64,000 nucleotides of DNA from Minisyncoccota bacterium (GTDB lineage Bacteria; Patescibacteriota; Minisyncoccia; Phycocordibacterales; Phycocordibacteraceae): contig DASPLK010000005.1 of assembly GCA_035627595.1 (NCBI GenBank), positions 3,877 through 67,876 on the forward strand. The letters run 5' to 3'. Positions 27,929-37,977 of the stretch are shown here, one piece after another; positions within the stretch are counted from its first letter, which is position 1, and each line of letters begins with the position of its first letter. Made by a program: the position numbers and the translations under genes. Under the pieces are notes generated by a model. The model did not search any database. It saw only the letters and a program-made list of their open reading frames with translations, and was not told the origin of the DNA.

Positions 27929-29653
27929 ATGCGCTATAGCTGGAGACAGCTCACGGACCGACACGAACAACGTACTCGCTTTCCTCTTATAGAGGACGCG
28001 GTTTTGTATATTCGTAGCCTCCCGCCGAGCGACCGGCTAATCGCATACGTGCTCACAGGCCTTGCAGGCCTTTCCGTACTCGTCGGCCTCTTTGCCCTTC
28101 AGCGTTCGTTCCTCATCGAAGAGCCTGCCTATGGCGGCAGCTTCACCGAGGGGCTCGTCGGGACGCCTCGATTCATTAATCCGCTTCTTGCGCTTACTGA
28201 TACCGATCGCGACCTCGCGCGTCTGACGTACGCAGGACTCATGGGCACCAGTGGCGACGGTACTCTCGTTCCAGTGCTTGCAGAAAGCTACACGGTCGCG
28301 GATACCGGACTCGTGTATACGTTCACACTTCGTGCGGATGCCCAGTTCCATGACGGAACGCCCGTAACCGCAGAAGATGTCGTGTTCACCGTTCAGAAGG
28401 CGCAGGACCCGGGGCTGAAGAGCCCTGAGCTCGCCAATTGGTCGGGCATACGCGCAGAAGCTGTCGACTCACGTACGGTGCGCTTTACCCTCCCGAGGGC
28501 ATACGCGCCGTTTCTTGAGAAGACCACCCTGGGCATCCTGCCTTCGAGCCTATGGCGAGATGTATCGAACTCACAGTTCCCGTTCTCTCCTTTAATGGTG
28601 CGTCCGGTGGGTGCCGGCCCCTTCAAAGTCGAGAATGTTCGTCAGAACAAGGAGGGCTTTATCACAGGCTATACCCTCTCTGCTTTTGGCGAATACGCGC
28701 TCGGTCGTCCGTATCTCGATCGCATTTCGTTTGCGTTCTTCGATGAAGAGGACGCTCTCTCATTTGCGCTCAGGAACGGAAGAATCGACAGCGCGTACGG
28801 TGTCGCACGCGAGGGCGCGCTTGAGGCTCCGTACGCCCGCGTGTTCGGAACGTTCTTCAACGAGAACGCCAACCCGGTCTTCGCTGATGCTGATGTGCGC
28901 CGTGCGCTTTCGCTTGCAATAAACCGCGAGGCCATCACCAATGTGATACTTGGCGGCTACGCGACCCCAATTGCAGGACCCGTGCCACCAGGTAGCGGTA
29001 TCGAGCTTACGCCGATACCGACTGCGGAGAACCGCATCCGTGCGGCCGCAGACATCCTGGAGGAAGCCGGATGGACGTACGACGACGAGGCGCGCCTTTG
29101 GGACAATCCGGACGTTGAGGCAGAACTGCGCGTCACGCTGCGGACCTCAAACGTACCGGAGCTAAAGACCATCGGCCAGCAGATCCAGGCAGATTGGGCT
29201 GCACTTGGGGTACCGACTTCGCTTGAACTTTTTGAGCCGTCGGATCTCACGCAGAACGTCATTCGTCCGAGAAACTACGATGCCCTTCTGTTCGGTATGA
29301 TCGTTGGGCGTGACCGTGATCTCTATGCGTTCTGGCACACCCAGGAGCGCTCTGATCCAGGCCTTAACATTGCGCTCTACAGCAATACTGAAGTGGACGC
29401 ATTGCTTGAGCGTCTGCGAACCCAGAGCGACCCTGCGGTACGCAGTGAAGCTCTGCAAGCGATCGAAACCGCAATTGCAAGCGACTACCCAGCAGCCTTT
29501 ACGCACGCGCCTACCTTCGTGTACGCAGCGCCTAGAGGAATGAAGGGTATCGAGCTTCCGCAGATAGGTGCACCTTCTGACCGATTCGCGACAGCGGCCT
29601 CCTGGTATCGCAATACACAGGAAGTGTGGCCCATCTTCGCGAAGCGTCAGTAA
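27929..29653 (+). CDS. ABC transporter peptide/nickel-binding protein (family 5), membrane-anchored
   Basis: LAESYTV, YTFTLR..AQFHDGTPVTAEDVVFT, PVGAGPF, VRRALSLAINR. Confidence 0.9.
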   Translation: MRYSWRQLTDRHEQRTRFPLIEDAVLYIRSLPPSDRLIAYVLTGLAGLSVLVGLFALQRSFLIEEPAYGGSFTEGLVGTPRFINPLLALTDTDRDLARLTYAGLMGTSGDGTLVPVLAESYTVADTGLVYTFTLRADAQFHDGTPVTAEDVVFTVQKAQDPGLKSPELANWSGIRAEAVDSRTVRFTLPRAYAPFLEKTTLGILPSSLWRDVSNSQFPFSPLMVRPVGAGPFKVENVRQNKEGFITGYTLSAFGEYALGRPYLDRISFAFFDEEDALSFALRNGRIDSAYGVAREGALEAPYARVFGTFFNENANPVFADADVRRALSLAINREAITNVILGGYATPIAGPVPPGSGIELTPIPTAENRIRAAADILEEAGWTYDDEARLWDNPDVEAELRVTLRTSNVPELKTIGQQIQADWAALGVPTSLELFEPSDLTQNVIRPRNYDALLFGMIVGRDRDLYAFWHTQERSDPGLNIALYSNTEVDALLERLRTQSDPAVRSEALQAIETAIASDYPAAFTHAPTFVYAAPRGMKGIELPQIGAPSDRFATAASWYRNTQEVWPIFAKRQ

Positions 29654-29727
29654 TTTTCATAGCACGATGCATACGCATCCATGCTTTAATCAAATTTAAA
29701 TCGTTATCTACGTAACCTACTCTAACT

Positions 29728-31647
29728 ATGTCAGCAGCACCTGCGCCGGCACCGGCGCCACAGAACTCCCCCGCTCCCCATTCCTCAAATCCACGCCCTG
29801 AGGGCAAGCCTCGCTCCCGTGGAGGTCGTGCTCGCAGCGGCGAACGACGCAGCGGGCCCAATCCGCGCGGTGGACGTGGAAGCCGTCAAATGCGCCGGCC
29901 TATGCACCGCCCAGGCGGCCCTTCTCAGATGACCGGACAGAAGCGCGCGGCCGACTACAACCCGGCAGATCCGGGCGCTAACGTTGTCCGCATCGTTCCT
30001 CTAGGCGGCGTTGAGGAAGTGGGACGCAACATGTTTTGCGTCGATACCAACGGCGACATCTTCGTCTTTGACGTGGGCTTCCAGTTCACGAGCGAGGATG
30101 AGACCCCGGGAGTCGACTATGTCCTCCCGAATACCAAGTACCTCGAGATGAACCAGCACCGGGTGCGTGCCGTGTTCATCACGCACGGTCACCTGGACCA
30201 TATCGGCGGCATTCCCTTCCTTATGAACCGCTTCGGCAATCCCCCTATCTACACGCAGAATCTTTCTGCGGTCATGATCGCTAAGCGTCAGGAGGAGTAC
30301 CCGGATATGCCTAAGCCAAACCTTGTCGTGGTCGAACCAGGTTCGACCCACACCATCGGCAGCACGAGGGTTCACTTCTTCCCCGTGACGCATTCGATTC
30401 CAGACTCGATGGGTATCGCTGTCGAGACGCCATACGGCAACGTCATCGCAACGGGCGACCTCAAGGTCGACCACCATGATGAGGTCATCACCCCTGCAGA
30501 GGTAAAGAAGTGGGGCGAGCTCGGCAAGCAGAAGAACCTTCTCTTTATTGCCGACTCCACCAACGCTGAGATCGCCGGATTCTCCGTCCCGGAGCGCAAA
30601 GTCCACGAGACGCTTGAAGAGATTTTGAAGACGGTGAAGGGACGCCTCATCATCGGCACCTTCGCATCGCAGTTCGAGCGCATGATCAAGATCATCGAGA
30701 TGGCCGAGCACCATGGCAAGAAGATCATCATGGAGGGACGGTCTATCAAGACTAACCTTGAGATCGCGCAGAAAACCGGCCTCCTTACCGTTAAGAAGGA
30801 AACCTTCATCAGCGCGCAGGAAATCGGCGACTACTCTCCCGATAAGATTGTCATCCTCGCGACCGGTGCGCAGGGTGAGGAGTTTGCTGCGCTCATGCGC
30901 ATGTCGACGAAGCAGCACAAACACATCACGCTTAATGAGCGTGATACGGTAGTGCTCTCCTCCTCGGTTATTCCGGGCAATGAGCTATCGGTCCAGAAGC
31001 TGAAAGACAACCTCTTCCGCAGCAAGGCGACTCTCATTCATTACCGCACCAGTGACGTGCACTCCGGCGGCCACGGCCGCGCAGGCGAGCTCGTCTGGAT
31101 CAATCAGCAGGTGAACTCGGCGTTCTTCATGCCGGCGTACGGCTACTACTCGATGACCGCATCGCATGCTAAGGCAGTCGAGCAAGCAGGCAGGCCACGA
31201 GAATCAATCATCCTTGCTGAGAACGGCATGGTCATTGATATCATCGACGGCGAGCGATACGAAGTTCATAAGGACAAGGTCCCGTCCGCTCCCCTAATTG
31301 TGGACGGCTTCGCAATCGGCGACATGCAGGAAGTAGTCATCCGCGATCGCCAGATGCTTGCTAAGGATGGTATGTTCGTCATCATCGCGACGGTTAACCT
31401 AAAGACAGGAAAGCTTCGCAAGTCCCCCGACATCATTTCCCGCGGTTTCGTATATCTCAGGGAATCGCAGGACATGCTGAACGAGGCGCGTCTTCTCATC
31501 AAGAAGACGGTTGAGGATTCGACAAAGGGCATGAACCCGGTCGACCTCGACTACGTGAAGAACCAGCTCTCCGATACGGTTGCCGGCTTCCTCTTCTCGA
31601 GGACCAACAAGGCACCGATGGTGATTCCGGTCCTGATTGGCGTCTAA
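29728..31647 (+). CDS. rnj: Ribonuclease J with N-terminal disordered extension
   Basis: PLGGVEEVGRNM, THGHLDHIGG, HSIPD, ADSTNA, TGAQGE, VHSGGH, PDIISRGFVY. Confidence 0.96.
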   Translation: MSAAPAPAPAPQNSPAPHSSNPRPEGKPRSRGGRARSGERRSGPNPRGGRGSRQMRRPMHRPGGPSQMTGQKRAADYNPADPGANVVRIVPLGGVEEVGRNMFCVDTNGDIFVFDVGFQFTSEDETPGVDYVLPNTKYLEMNQHRVRAVFITHGHLDHIGGIPFLMNRFGNPPIYTQNLSAVMIAKRQEEYPDMPKPNLVVVEPGSTHTIGSTRVHFFPVTHSIPDSMGIAVETPYGNVIATGDLKVDHHDEVITPAEVKKWGELGKQKNLLFIADSTNAEIAGFSVPERKVHETLEEILKTVKGRLIIGTFASQFERMIKIIEMAEHHGKKIIMEGRSIKTNLEIAQKTGLLTVKKETFISAQEIGDYSPDKIVILATGAQGEEFAALMRMSTKQHKHITLNERDTVVLSSSVIPGNELSVQKLKDNLFRSKATLIHYRTSDVHSGGHGRAGELVWINQQVNSAFFMPAYGYYSMTASHAKAVEQAGRPRESIILAENGMVIDIIDGERYEVHKDKVPSAPLIVDGFAIGDMQEVVIRDRQMLAKDGMFVIIATVNLKTGKLRKSPDIISRGFVYLRESQDMLNEARLLIKKTVEDSTKGMNPVDLDYVKNQLSDTVAGFLFSRTNKAPMVIPVLIGV

Positions 31648-31663
31648 CGCCACACATACGCAC

Positions 31664-31692
31664 AAAGCGCCGCCTTCATGGCGGCGCTTTTG
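31664..31692 (+). terminator. rnj terminator
   Basis: AAAGCGCCGCC-ttcat-GGCGGCGCTTTT. Confidence 0.8.
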
Positions 31693-31718
31693 CTATTGCG
31701 GGTGCTACACTGCTCCTG

Positions 31719-32873
31719 ATGCGTCCGCGCTTCGCTCTTTCTCTCGGCAATTTCTTCGTCTGCGTACACCATGCGCTGATGCTCTATATCACGACGCCCT
31801 TTCTGGCTACCGTGATGCCTGAGAATTTCATTGGCCTTGTTCTATCTCTAGGCGCACTCTTCTCGCTTTGTGCATTTCCATTTGTGCCGCGCCTCGTGCG
31901 CAACCTAGGCGCGAGGCGCCTAGCGTTGTGGAGCATAGGTCTCAGTGCCTGTTTCGTACTTTCTCTTGCACTTAACCTGCCGCCCCTTGCGGTAGTCTTT
32001 GCGTATGCGTTATTTTTTGCGCTTACCCCTATCAATGCTTATTTTCTCGACCTGTTACTCGAGGCAGCTACAAAAGGCGCCGGCGAAACCGGGCGCGTTC
32101 GTACGCTTTTCATTACCTTTGGTAATCTCGGGTACTTAAGCTGCGCGCTAGGTATAGGACTCCTGCTAGGCAGTGGAGACACGTACGCGAATATCTTCTA
32201 TATTGCCGCGGTCGCACTCATACCATTCCTTCTGATGCTTCGGTTCGCGCATGTGCCTGACGGTGATCCGCCACGGTTCGCGCACATCCTTGAGGTAGCG
32301 CATTGCCTCATCAAGGATAGAGATTACAAGGCGGTAGGTGTCGCATATCTCACGCTCCAGTTCTTCTTTAACCTTGTCCCGTATTTCATACCACTCTACC
32401 TCCACACGGTCCTCGGCATCCCCTGGAGCGAGCTTGGATGGATATTTGCCGTTATCGTCATACCGTTTCTTCTGCTTGAATACCCTGCAGGCTGGCTTGC
32501 CGATAAGGTATTGGGCGATCAGGAGCTTATGGCGATAGGCTTTCTTGTCATGGGCGCAGCGACTGCAGCGATCGCGTTCACAACGGCCGCAACACCCATT
32601 CTTGCCATTGGCGCTGTACTTTTTGTATCTCGCATCGGCGCGGCGCTCGCCGAAGCCATGTGCGAGACGCACTTCTTCAGACGCGTATCCGAACGCGATG
32701 CAAACTCGGTTGGGGTATTCCGCATGATGCGTCCCATGGGCGCTGTTGCTGCACCTCTTACCGCGAGTGTCTTCTTGAGCGTCTCAAGCTTCAACATTAT
32801 GTTTTTCGTGGTTGGCCTAGGCATCATTGTCTTTGGCGTTGCGGGAGCCCTCTCCATTAAGGATGTACGCTAG
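31719..32873 (+). CDS. MFS transporter
   Basis: 12-TM pattern; PAGWLADKVLG motif-A-like. Confidence 0.8.
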   Translation: MRPRFALSLGNFFVCVHHALMLYITTPFLATVMPENFIGLVLSLGALFSLCAFPFVPRLVRNLGARRLALWSIGLSACFVLSLALNLPPLAVVFAYALFFALTPINAYFLDLLLEAATKGAGETGRVRTLFITFGNLGYLSCALGIGLLLGSGDTYANIFYIAAVALIPFLLMLRFAHVPDGDPPRFAHILEVAHCLIKDRDYKAVGVAYLTLQFFFNLVPYFIPLYLHTVLGIPWSELGWIFAVIVIPFLLLEYPAGWLADKVLGDQELMAIGFLVMGAATAAIAFTTAATPILAIGAVLFVSRIGAALAEAMCETHFFRRVSERDANSVGVFRMMRPMGAVAAPLTASVFLSVSSFNIMFFVVGLGIIVFGVAGALSIKDVR

Positions 32874-33673
32874 TCCTTGAGGCAATAGACGCCATTACGT
32901 TTTTCTACGAGACCCTCACGAACAAGTTTCAGAAGTTCCGCTGATACCTGCTCTTTCCGCTCTTCGCCTAGTATGGTGCTGAGGGAGCGCTTAGTGCCTG
33001 CCGCTAACGTGCGCAGTATGGCACCTCGAGCTTCACGGCTAGAACCCTTGAATGCGGTTTGTTTTACATACCCTCGAACTTTGTGGTTCGTGCGTACCCC
33101 GTTTCGCTTCAAGTGACTGCCGTAGTCCATGAGCGCCCACTGCCATTCTCGAGCCATGCCCTTAGGCTGCGCTTTCTCAAGCACTGTGCGTATCTCGCTA
33201 TCCGCAACCGACTCCTGGTCTTGGAAGCAGTGATGCACGATAACAGTGCGGATGTTCGTCTCTAAAAGTAGCGTGTCTTCGTTATATGCAAATGCGGCCA
33301 CAGCACCCGCGGTATACGGGCCTACGCCAGGCAAGCGCTCGAGTGCCACTGCCGTCTTTGGGAAACTGCCACCATATTCTGTGACAACTGTCCGCGCAGC
33401 CTCATGGAGCATCTTTGCTCTGCGGTTATACCCAAGTCCCTGCCACACTCGTAGTACATCCGAGAGTGGCGCATCTGAAAGCGTCTGGACGCTTGGGAAA
33501 CGCTTGAGAAACTTCCCGTAGTATGGAATGACACGCTCGACCTGTGTCTGCTGTAGCATCACCTCGGAGATAAGAATCTTGTACGGGTCGCGCGTCTTAC
33601 GCCACGGAAGCGTATGGCGTCCGTATTCTTTATAGTAGGAAAGGACGAGTGTCCTAAGCTTCCTCGGCGTCAT
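32870..33673 (-). CDS. mutY: A/G-specific adenine glycosylase (short form, no Fe-S motif)
   Basis: LPWR, PYKILISEVMLQQTQV, WQGLGYNRRA, LPGVGPYTAGAV. Confidence 0.9.
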   Translation of the reverse strand: MTPRKLRTLVLSYYKEYGRHTLPWRKTRDPYKILISEVMLQQTQVERVIPYYGKFLKRFPSVQTLSDAPLSDVLRVWQGLGYNRRAKMLHEAARTVVTEYGGSFPKTAVALERLPGVGPYTAGAVAAFAYNEDTLLLETNIRTVIVHHCFQDQESVADSEIRTVLEKAQPKGMAREWQWALMDYGSHLKRNGVRTNHKVRGYVKQTAFKGSSREARGAILRTLAAGTKRSLSTILGEERKEQVSAELLKLVREGLVEKRNGVYCLKD

Positions 33674-33887
33674 TTGCGACCGACTCGACGTGAGTGATCG
33701 TTGAAGCCTCAGGGATGATGATAGCCGCGATGATATAGACGATAACACCCGGAATAATCGCAGAGAAGATAATGATGAGGAGATACGCGAGGCGCAGGAT
33801 GACCGGGTCGATATTAAAATACTCGCCCAGTCCGCCAAGGACGCCTGCGAATATTCTGTTCTCCCTGCTTCTGTAGAGTTTCTTCAT
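33654..33887 (-). CDS. PspC domain protein
   Basis: KKLYRSRENRIFAGVLGGLGEYFNIDP. Confidence 0.92.
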   Translation of the reverse strand: MKKLYRSRENRIFAGVLGGLGEYFNIDPVILRLAYLLIIIFSAIIPGVIVYIIAAIIIPEASTITHVESVANDAEEA

Positions 33888-33904
33888 CAGCCCAGTATAC
33901 CAAA

Positions 33905-34591
33905 TCAGGCTTCCAAGACCGCGTCCTTGACCTCTACCACTACCTTCCAGTCGTGCTGACGTGCATGTTTCAAGAGACGCTTGGTCGGATTGAACGCAAT
34001 CGCCTCGTCCACGAGCTCGAGCATGGAAATGTCGCTCTCGCTGTCGCCTACCGCGATCGAGTTCGTGAAGGAGAGCTTCTCCTTCTTCACCGCCCGCTGC
34101 AGTACCGATCCTTTATTGAATATGATGTGCTCGTCGACGATATTGCCCGTGAAGCGGCCTGATGCCCCAGTCTCAAAGAATATGCCGTAGCTCTTATCGA
34201 ACCCGAGCTCGTACCCGAATCCATCGACGATAAACTTCGGGGATCGTGAGACGGCAAGGAGGAAGTACCCTTCGTCTTTCAGCTCACGCACCAGATCCCG
34301 CGTATAGCGGAACACGTGATCCTTCTTCGCTTCGATGATCTCTCCGGCGATGTCCGCCACCTCCCCGTACGGAACGCCCTTTCCGTACTTTGCGAAAGCC
34401 TCTACGGTCTTGTCTATGTACGCATCGATGCCGGAGCCAGACTGCTCGTACTTCTGCTTTGCGGACGCATAATGCCTAGCTGCCAAAGGTGGCAGCACGC
34501 CCCTTCTAACAAGCTCCTCGACAAGCTCTCCGAGGAGAAAGGAGCGGGATAGGGTCCCATCTATATCGAACGCGGCGACAGATTGAGCCAT
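33905..34591 (-). CDS. HAD-IB (SerB-like) hydrolase
   Basis: AFDIDGTL, FTG, K, AVGDSESDISML, AFNP. Confidence 0.88.
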   Translation of the reverse strand: MAQSVAAFDIDGTLSRSFLLGELVEELVRRGVLPPLAARHYASAKQKYEQSGSGIDAYIDKTVEAFAKYGKGVPYGEVADIAGEIIEAKKDHVFRYTRDLVRELKDEGYFLLAVSRSPKFIVDGFGYELGFDKSYGIFFETGASGRFTGNIVDEHIIFNKGSVLQRAVKKEKLSFTNSIAVGDSESDISMLELVDEAIAFNPTKRLLKHARQHDWKVVVEVKDAVLEA

Positions 34592-34688
34592 TACGTATAT
34601 GGTACCGCATCATAAATGTCCACTTTGACTTTGGCCAAGGGCGGGCGTAGGGTGGGTACGGGAGATTGTTCCTGGGAGGGTTATAGAA

Positions 34689-35168
34689 ATGCAAACAGTT
34701 ATTCCGCAACTGGAAGCCGCCAACGTGGACCAGGCCGACCGGCTTGTCCAAGCGCTCGCTCGCCACGGCTTCATCGCCTCGGTGATCAAGCCGGACTTCT
34801 GCGACGACGCCAGCGATCCGCGGCCCTGCATCCCCGCCTTCAAGATGAAGGGCGGGAAAGAAGAGCAGGAGCGGCTCACCAATCTGGTGATCGCCTTCTA
34901 CGAAGACCATCCTGTGCCGGCCGACGACAACAAGTCGGACACGCAGCTGATGGTGGAGGCCCTGGACGACGACGAAGGTCTCGACCGCGAGCTCGAGTTC
35001 GAGTATGAGCTAGGCTTCAACGACACCGAGTCGATCGTCGGCCTGCCGTACGAGCTGTTCGAACACGTCGCGGGGCTGGGCGGTTCTATCGAGGACCGCC
35101 GCCAACGGAAGATGGGCCGGTTCGCCGACTTCCTGTTACAGCATCCTGTTCAACCCCGCGCCGAGTAG
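34689..35168 (+). CDS. Acidic orphan protein
   Basis: TTGACT-17-TAGGGT promoter, GGGAGGG SD, terminator at 35181-35214. Confidence 0.7.
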   Translation: MQTVIPQLEAANVDQADRLVQALARHGFIASVIKPDFCDDASDPRPCIPAFKMKGGKEEQERLTNLVIAFYEDHPVPADDNKSDTQLMVEALDDDEGLDRELEFEYELGFNDTESIVGLPYELFEHVAGLGGSIEDRRQRKMGRFADFLLQHPVQPRAE

Positions 35169-35214
35169 GCGCGGGAGCCGAGGCCGCCGTTCCCCAAAAG
35201 GACGGCGGCCTTTC

Positions 35215-35883
35215 CTATTTAGCTTTCGGCCACTTGAGTGCCGCTTCCGGATACAGCTTAGTCAGGGGATGCGCGGCACAGTCGTGCGGAAGTGCGGAGC
35301 ATACGTACCTACCGTAGAGGACAAGTCCGTTATTTACATATTTCCAGTCATCCTTGGGAGCGAGCTGTTCCAGGTCCTTAGAAATCTTCGTGAGGTCGGT
35401 GTTATCAGTAAGGTCAAAGCGGAGCGCAAAGCGCCTTACATGCGTATCAGTAGGAATACCCTCCCAAATGTCGTAGAGCTCGCCAAGAATGACGTGCGCG
35501 GTCTTGTACGCTACACCCGGCAGTCGTACTAGCTCCTTCTCCGTTTTTGGAACCTTTCCCTTAAACTCGTCGCGCACCATCCTCGCCGCAGCGACAATAT
35601 GCTTCGCCTTGGTCCTGTGGAAAGTAATAGAGGAGGTCTCCTTGCTGAAGGTTTCCACGTCCGCCTCCGCAAAATCGCTCACTGTCTTGTACTTCTTCCA
35701 GAGGTCTTTCGTAACGGCATTCACTTTCTTATCCGTACACTGCGCAGAAAGTATGACGCTTGCAACCAATTGAAATGGCGTCTTATAGGTGAGCTCGGTC
35801 TTGGGATCTGGATGTGCCTTCTTTAAATAAGTAAGCATCCTCTTCAAGCGCGCCTTGCGCTCCTTAAACTTCTCCGGACTCAT
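35215..35883 (-). CDS. nth: Endonuclease III (degenerate Fe-S motif)
   Basis: PFQLVASVILSAQCTDKKVN, LPGVAYKTA, DTHVRR. Confidence 0.92.
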   Translation of the reverse strand: MSPEKFKERKARLKRMLTYLKKAHPDPKTELTYKTPFQLVASVILSAQCTDKKVNAVTKDLWKKYKTVSDFAEADVETFSKETSSITFHRTKAKHIVAAARMVRDEFKGKVPKTEKELVRLPGVAYKTAHVILGELYDIWEGIPTDTHVRRFALRFDLTDNTDLTKISKDLEQLAPKDDWKYVNNGLVLYGRYVCSALPHDCAAHPLTKLYPEAALKWPKAK

Positions 35884-36353
35884 GCAACGGACATGCTCTT
35901 AAGGTCCTCGAGTACCTCTGCAGCATGCCCTTCTGGCTTCACATTCTCATACACCTTTCGTATGACGCCTTGAGGATCAACTAAAAATGAAGTGCGCAGA
36001 ATGCCTTCGTATTCCCTCCCCATAAATTTCTTATCTCCCCACACGCCGTACGCATCAATTGCGACCCTCTCCTCGTCCGCCAAAAGCGGGAATGCGAGCT
36101 CGTACTTTTGAGCAAACTTCTTATGGCTTTTGACGCTATCAGCGGATATGCCGAGCACCACCGCACCCAAAGAGGAGAGATCTGGGTCCGCGTCTCGGAT
36201 AGCGCACGCTTCTTTGGTGCAACCAGGCGTATCGTCTTTCGGATAGAAATAGACCAGCACCCACTTTCCGCGGTACTGGCGAAGTGCGTGTATAACTCCA
36301 TCCTGGTCTGGAAGTGCAAAATCGGGAGCGGCTGTATCTACGGTTGGAATCAT
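35880..36353 (-). CDS. bcp: Thioredoxin-dependent peroxiredoxin Bcp
   Basis: YFYPKDDTPGCTKEAC, RTSFLVD. Confidence 0.94.
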   Translation of the reverse strand: MIPTVDTAAPDFALPDQDGVIHALRQYRGKWVLVYFYPKDDTPGCTKEACAIRDADPDLSSLGAVVLGISADSVKSHKKFAQKYELAFPLLADEERVAIDAYGVWGDKKFMGREYEGILRTSFLVDPQGVIRKVYENVKPEGHAAEVLEDLKSMSVA

Positions 36354-36355
36354 AC

Positions 36356-37492
36356 CTATTCGTCGCGCCTCCACGCGAAGCGGTACGCGATCTTAGCAAG
36401 CGCGCCGGCACAAACGATCATAAATAGGAACACCACTAGTCCGCCAACGACAGGTATGAGGGTAAGAAGATAGAGGAGGAACATACCGAGGACCGCAGCC
36501 TTCCATGTTGTCTGGGTGCGGTTCGTCGCCACCTTAAGAAGTGCAGAGCCGGCTAGGAGTGCGGCGTACACGTATGCGAGCATGATAAGGAGAAGATAGA
36601 GCGCGAGGAGTATCAGCGCGACTCCAATACCAACGAAAGAAACCATGAGGAGGATGAGAAGTACTGGGGTTGCAACAAAGAGCGCGAACCCAAGAAGCGC
36701 GAGCATCAGGAGACGGCGAGGCTCCCTGATGAGCGTCATGGCAATCATGCGCTCCGAGAGACGCGGGAAGAGACCAACCACAAGCCCTGCGGCGACCAAT
36801 GCCGCGAGCGCTTTCACGAGGAAGAACACGCCAGCACCAGCAAGCGCATAGCGCGCAGCTTCCTCCTGTGATGGTAGATATGTCGCGGCTCCCGTGTATA
36901 CCGCACCACCCTCTATGACCGCTCCCTGTGCTATGGTCGCCTCTTGCGGCGCGTTGTAGCGGAATGCGCCTTTAATGCGCGTGCCATCCGCGACCGTAAC
37001 GCGGTCACTTGCTGAGACGGAAATATTTCCTGAGAACTCTCCAGCGATAAACACATCGCTTCCGTATACGGTGACGTTCCCCGTCGCACCTTGCGTGATG
37101 CGCACCGTTCCGCCCATGACCTGTATATCGCGCGCGGGGGCACTTACGAGGACCACGCCGCCAAGTGCTGCGACATCGCCTGCTACCGGAGCGCTGATGA
37201 TGACGCGCGCGCCAGCTGCGCGCGCGTCTCCTTCGACAGCGGCATCGATATCAAGCGTACCGCCAGCAAGTAGGACATCGCCTGCTACTGGCGCTTCGAT
37301 AACAATGTTTGCTCCGACTGCGGATAGATCAGCAGGAACAGGTGCTCGAACGGTAACGCTCGAGCCTGCCAGATAGGTATTCCCTGCCGGGACCTCGGAA
37401 AGTATGAGGTCGCGCTCGCCCTCGAGCGTAGCACCGAGTACGAGCCCCGGCGTTAGGAGGATGACGGCCATCAGTAGGAAACCGCGCATCAT
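36356..37492 (-). CDS. Membrane protein with bactofilin-like beta-helix repeats
   Basis: Signal peptide, repeated V.GD...AG..V.I units, then ~5 TM; start uncertain (37492-37510). Confidence 0.75.
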   Translation of the reverse strand: MMRGFLLMAVILLTPGLVLGATLEGERDLILSEVPAGNTYLAGSSVTVRAPVPADLSAVGANIVIEAPVAGDVLLAGGTLDIDAAVEGDARAAGARVIISAPVAGDVAALGGVVLVSAPARDIQVMGGTVRITQGATGNVTVYGSDVFIAGEFSGNISVSASDRVTVADGTRIKGAFRYNAPQEATIAQGAVIEGGAVYTGAATYLPSQEEAARYALAGAGVFFLVKALAALVAAGLVVGLFPRLSERMIAMTLIREPRRLLMLALLGFALFVATPVLLILLMVSFVGIGVALILLALYLLLIMLAYVYAALLAGSALLKVATNRTQTTWKAAVLGMFLLYLLTLIPVVGGLVVFLFMIVCAGALAKIAYRFAWRRDE

Positions 37493-37575
37493 ATGCATAT
37501 ATGGTATCACGCATGATCTCGAGGTCTACCCAGACCTTCACGGCCGCTTCCCCTATGGAATAGTATGGAACATAT

Positions 37576-37977
37576 ATGGATTCTACTGATGAAAAGGCTT
37601 GGAAAGAGAGGCTGAGCGAGGAGGAGTATCGCATTCTTAGAGAACACGGGACCGAGGCACCTTTCTCGGGTGCGCATTTAGATAATCACGAATCGGGCAT
37701 GTACCGCTGCAAGGCTTGTGGCACCGCTCTTTTCTCCTCTGATGCAAAGTTTGAGTCTGGGAGCGGCTGGCCTTCCTTCACTGATCCTGCGGTCGCGGAA
37801 AATGTCGGCCTGCGCGAGGACGCCAGCTACGGCATGCAACGCACAGAGGTCTTTTGTAAGAACTGCGGTGGGCACCTCGGACACCTATTCTATGACGGGC
37901 CGAAAGAAGCGGGCGGCAAGCGCTATTGCATCAACTCGGTGAGTCTTGAGTTTGAGAAGGAGTCTCGCACCCAATAA
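37576..37977 (+). CDS. msrB: Methionine-R-sulfoxide reductase
   Basis: GTEAPF, CKAC, SGSGWPSF, RTEV.C..CGGHLGH.F.DGP, RYCINS. Confidence 0.97.
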   Translation: MDSTDEKAWKERLSEEEYRILREHGTEAPFSGAHLDNHESGMYRCKACGTALFSSDAKFESGSGWPSFTDPAVAENVGLREDASYGMQRTEVFCKNCGGHLGHLFYDGPKEAGGKRYCINSVSLEFEKESRTQ

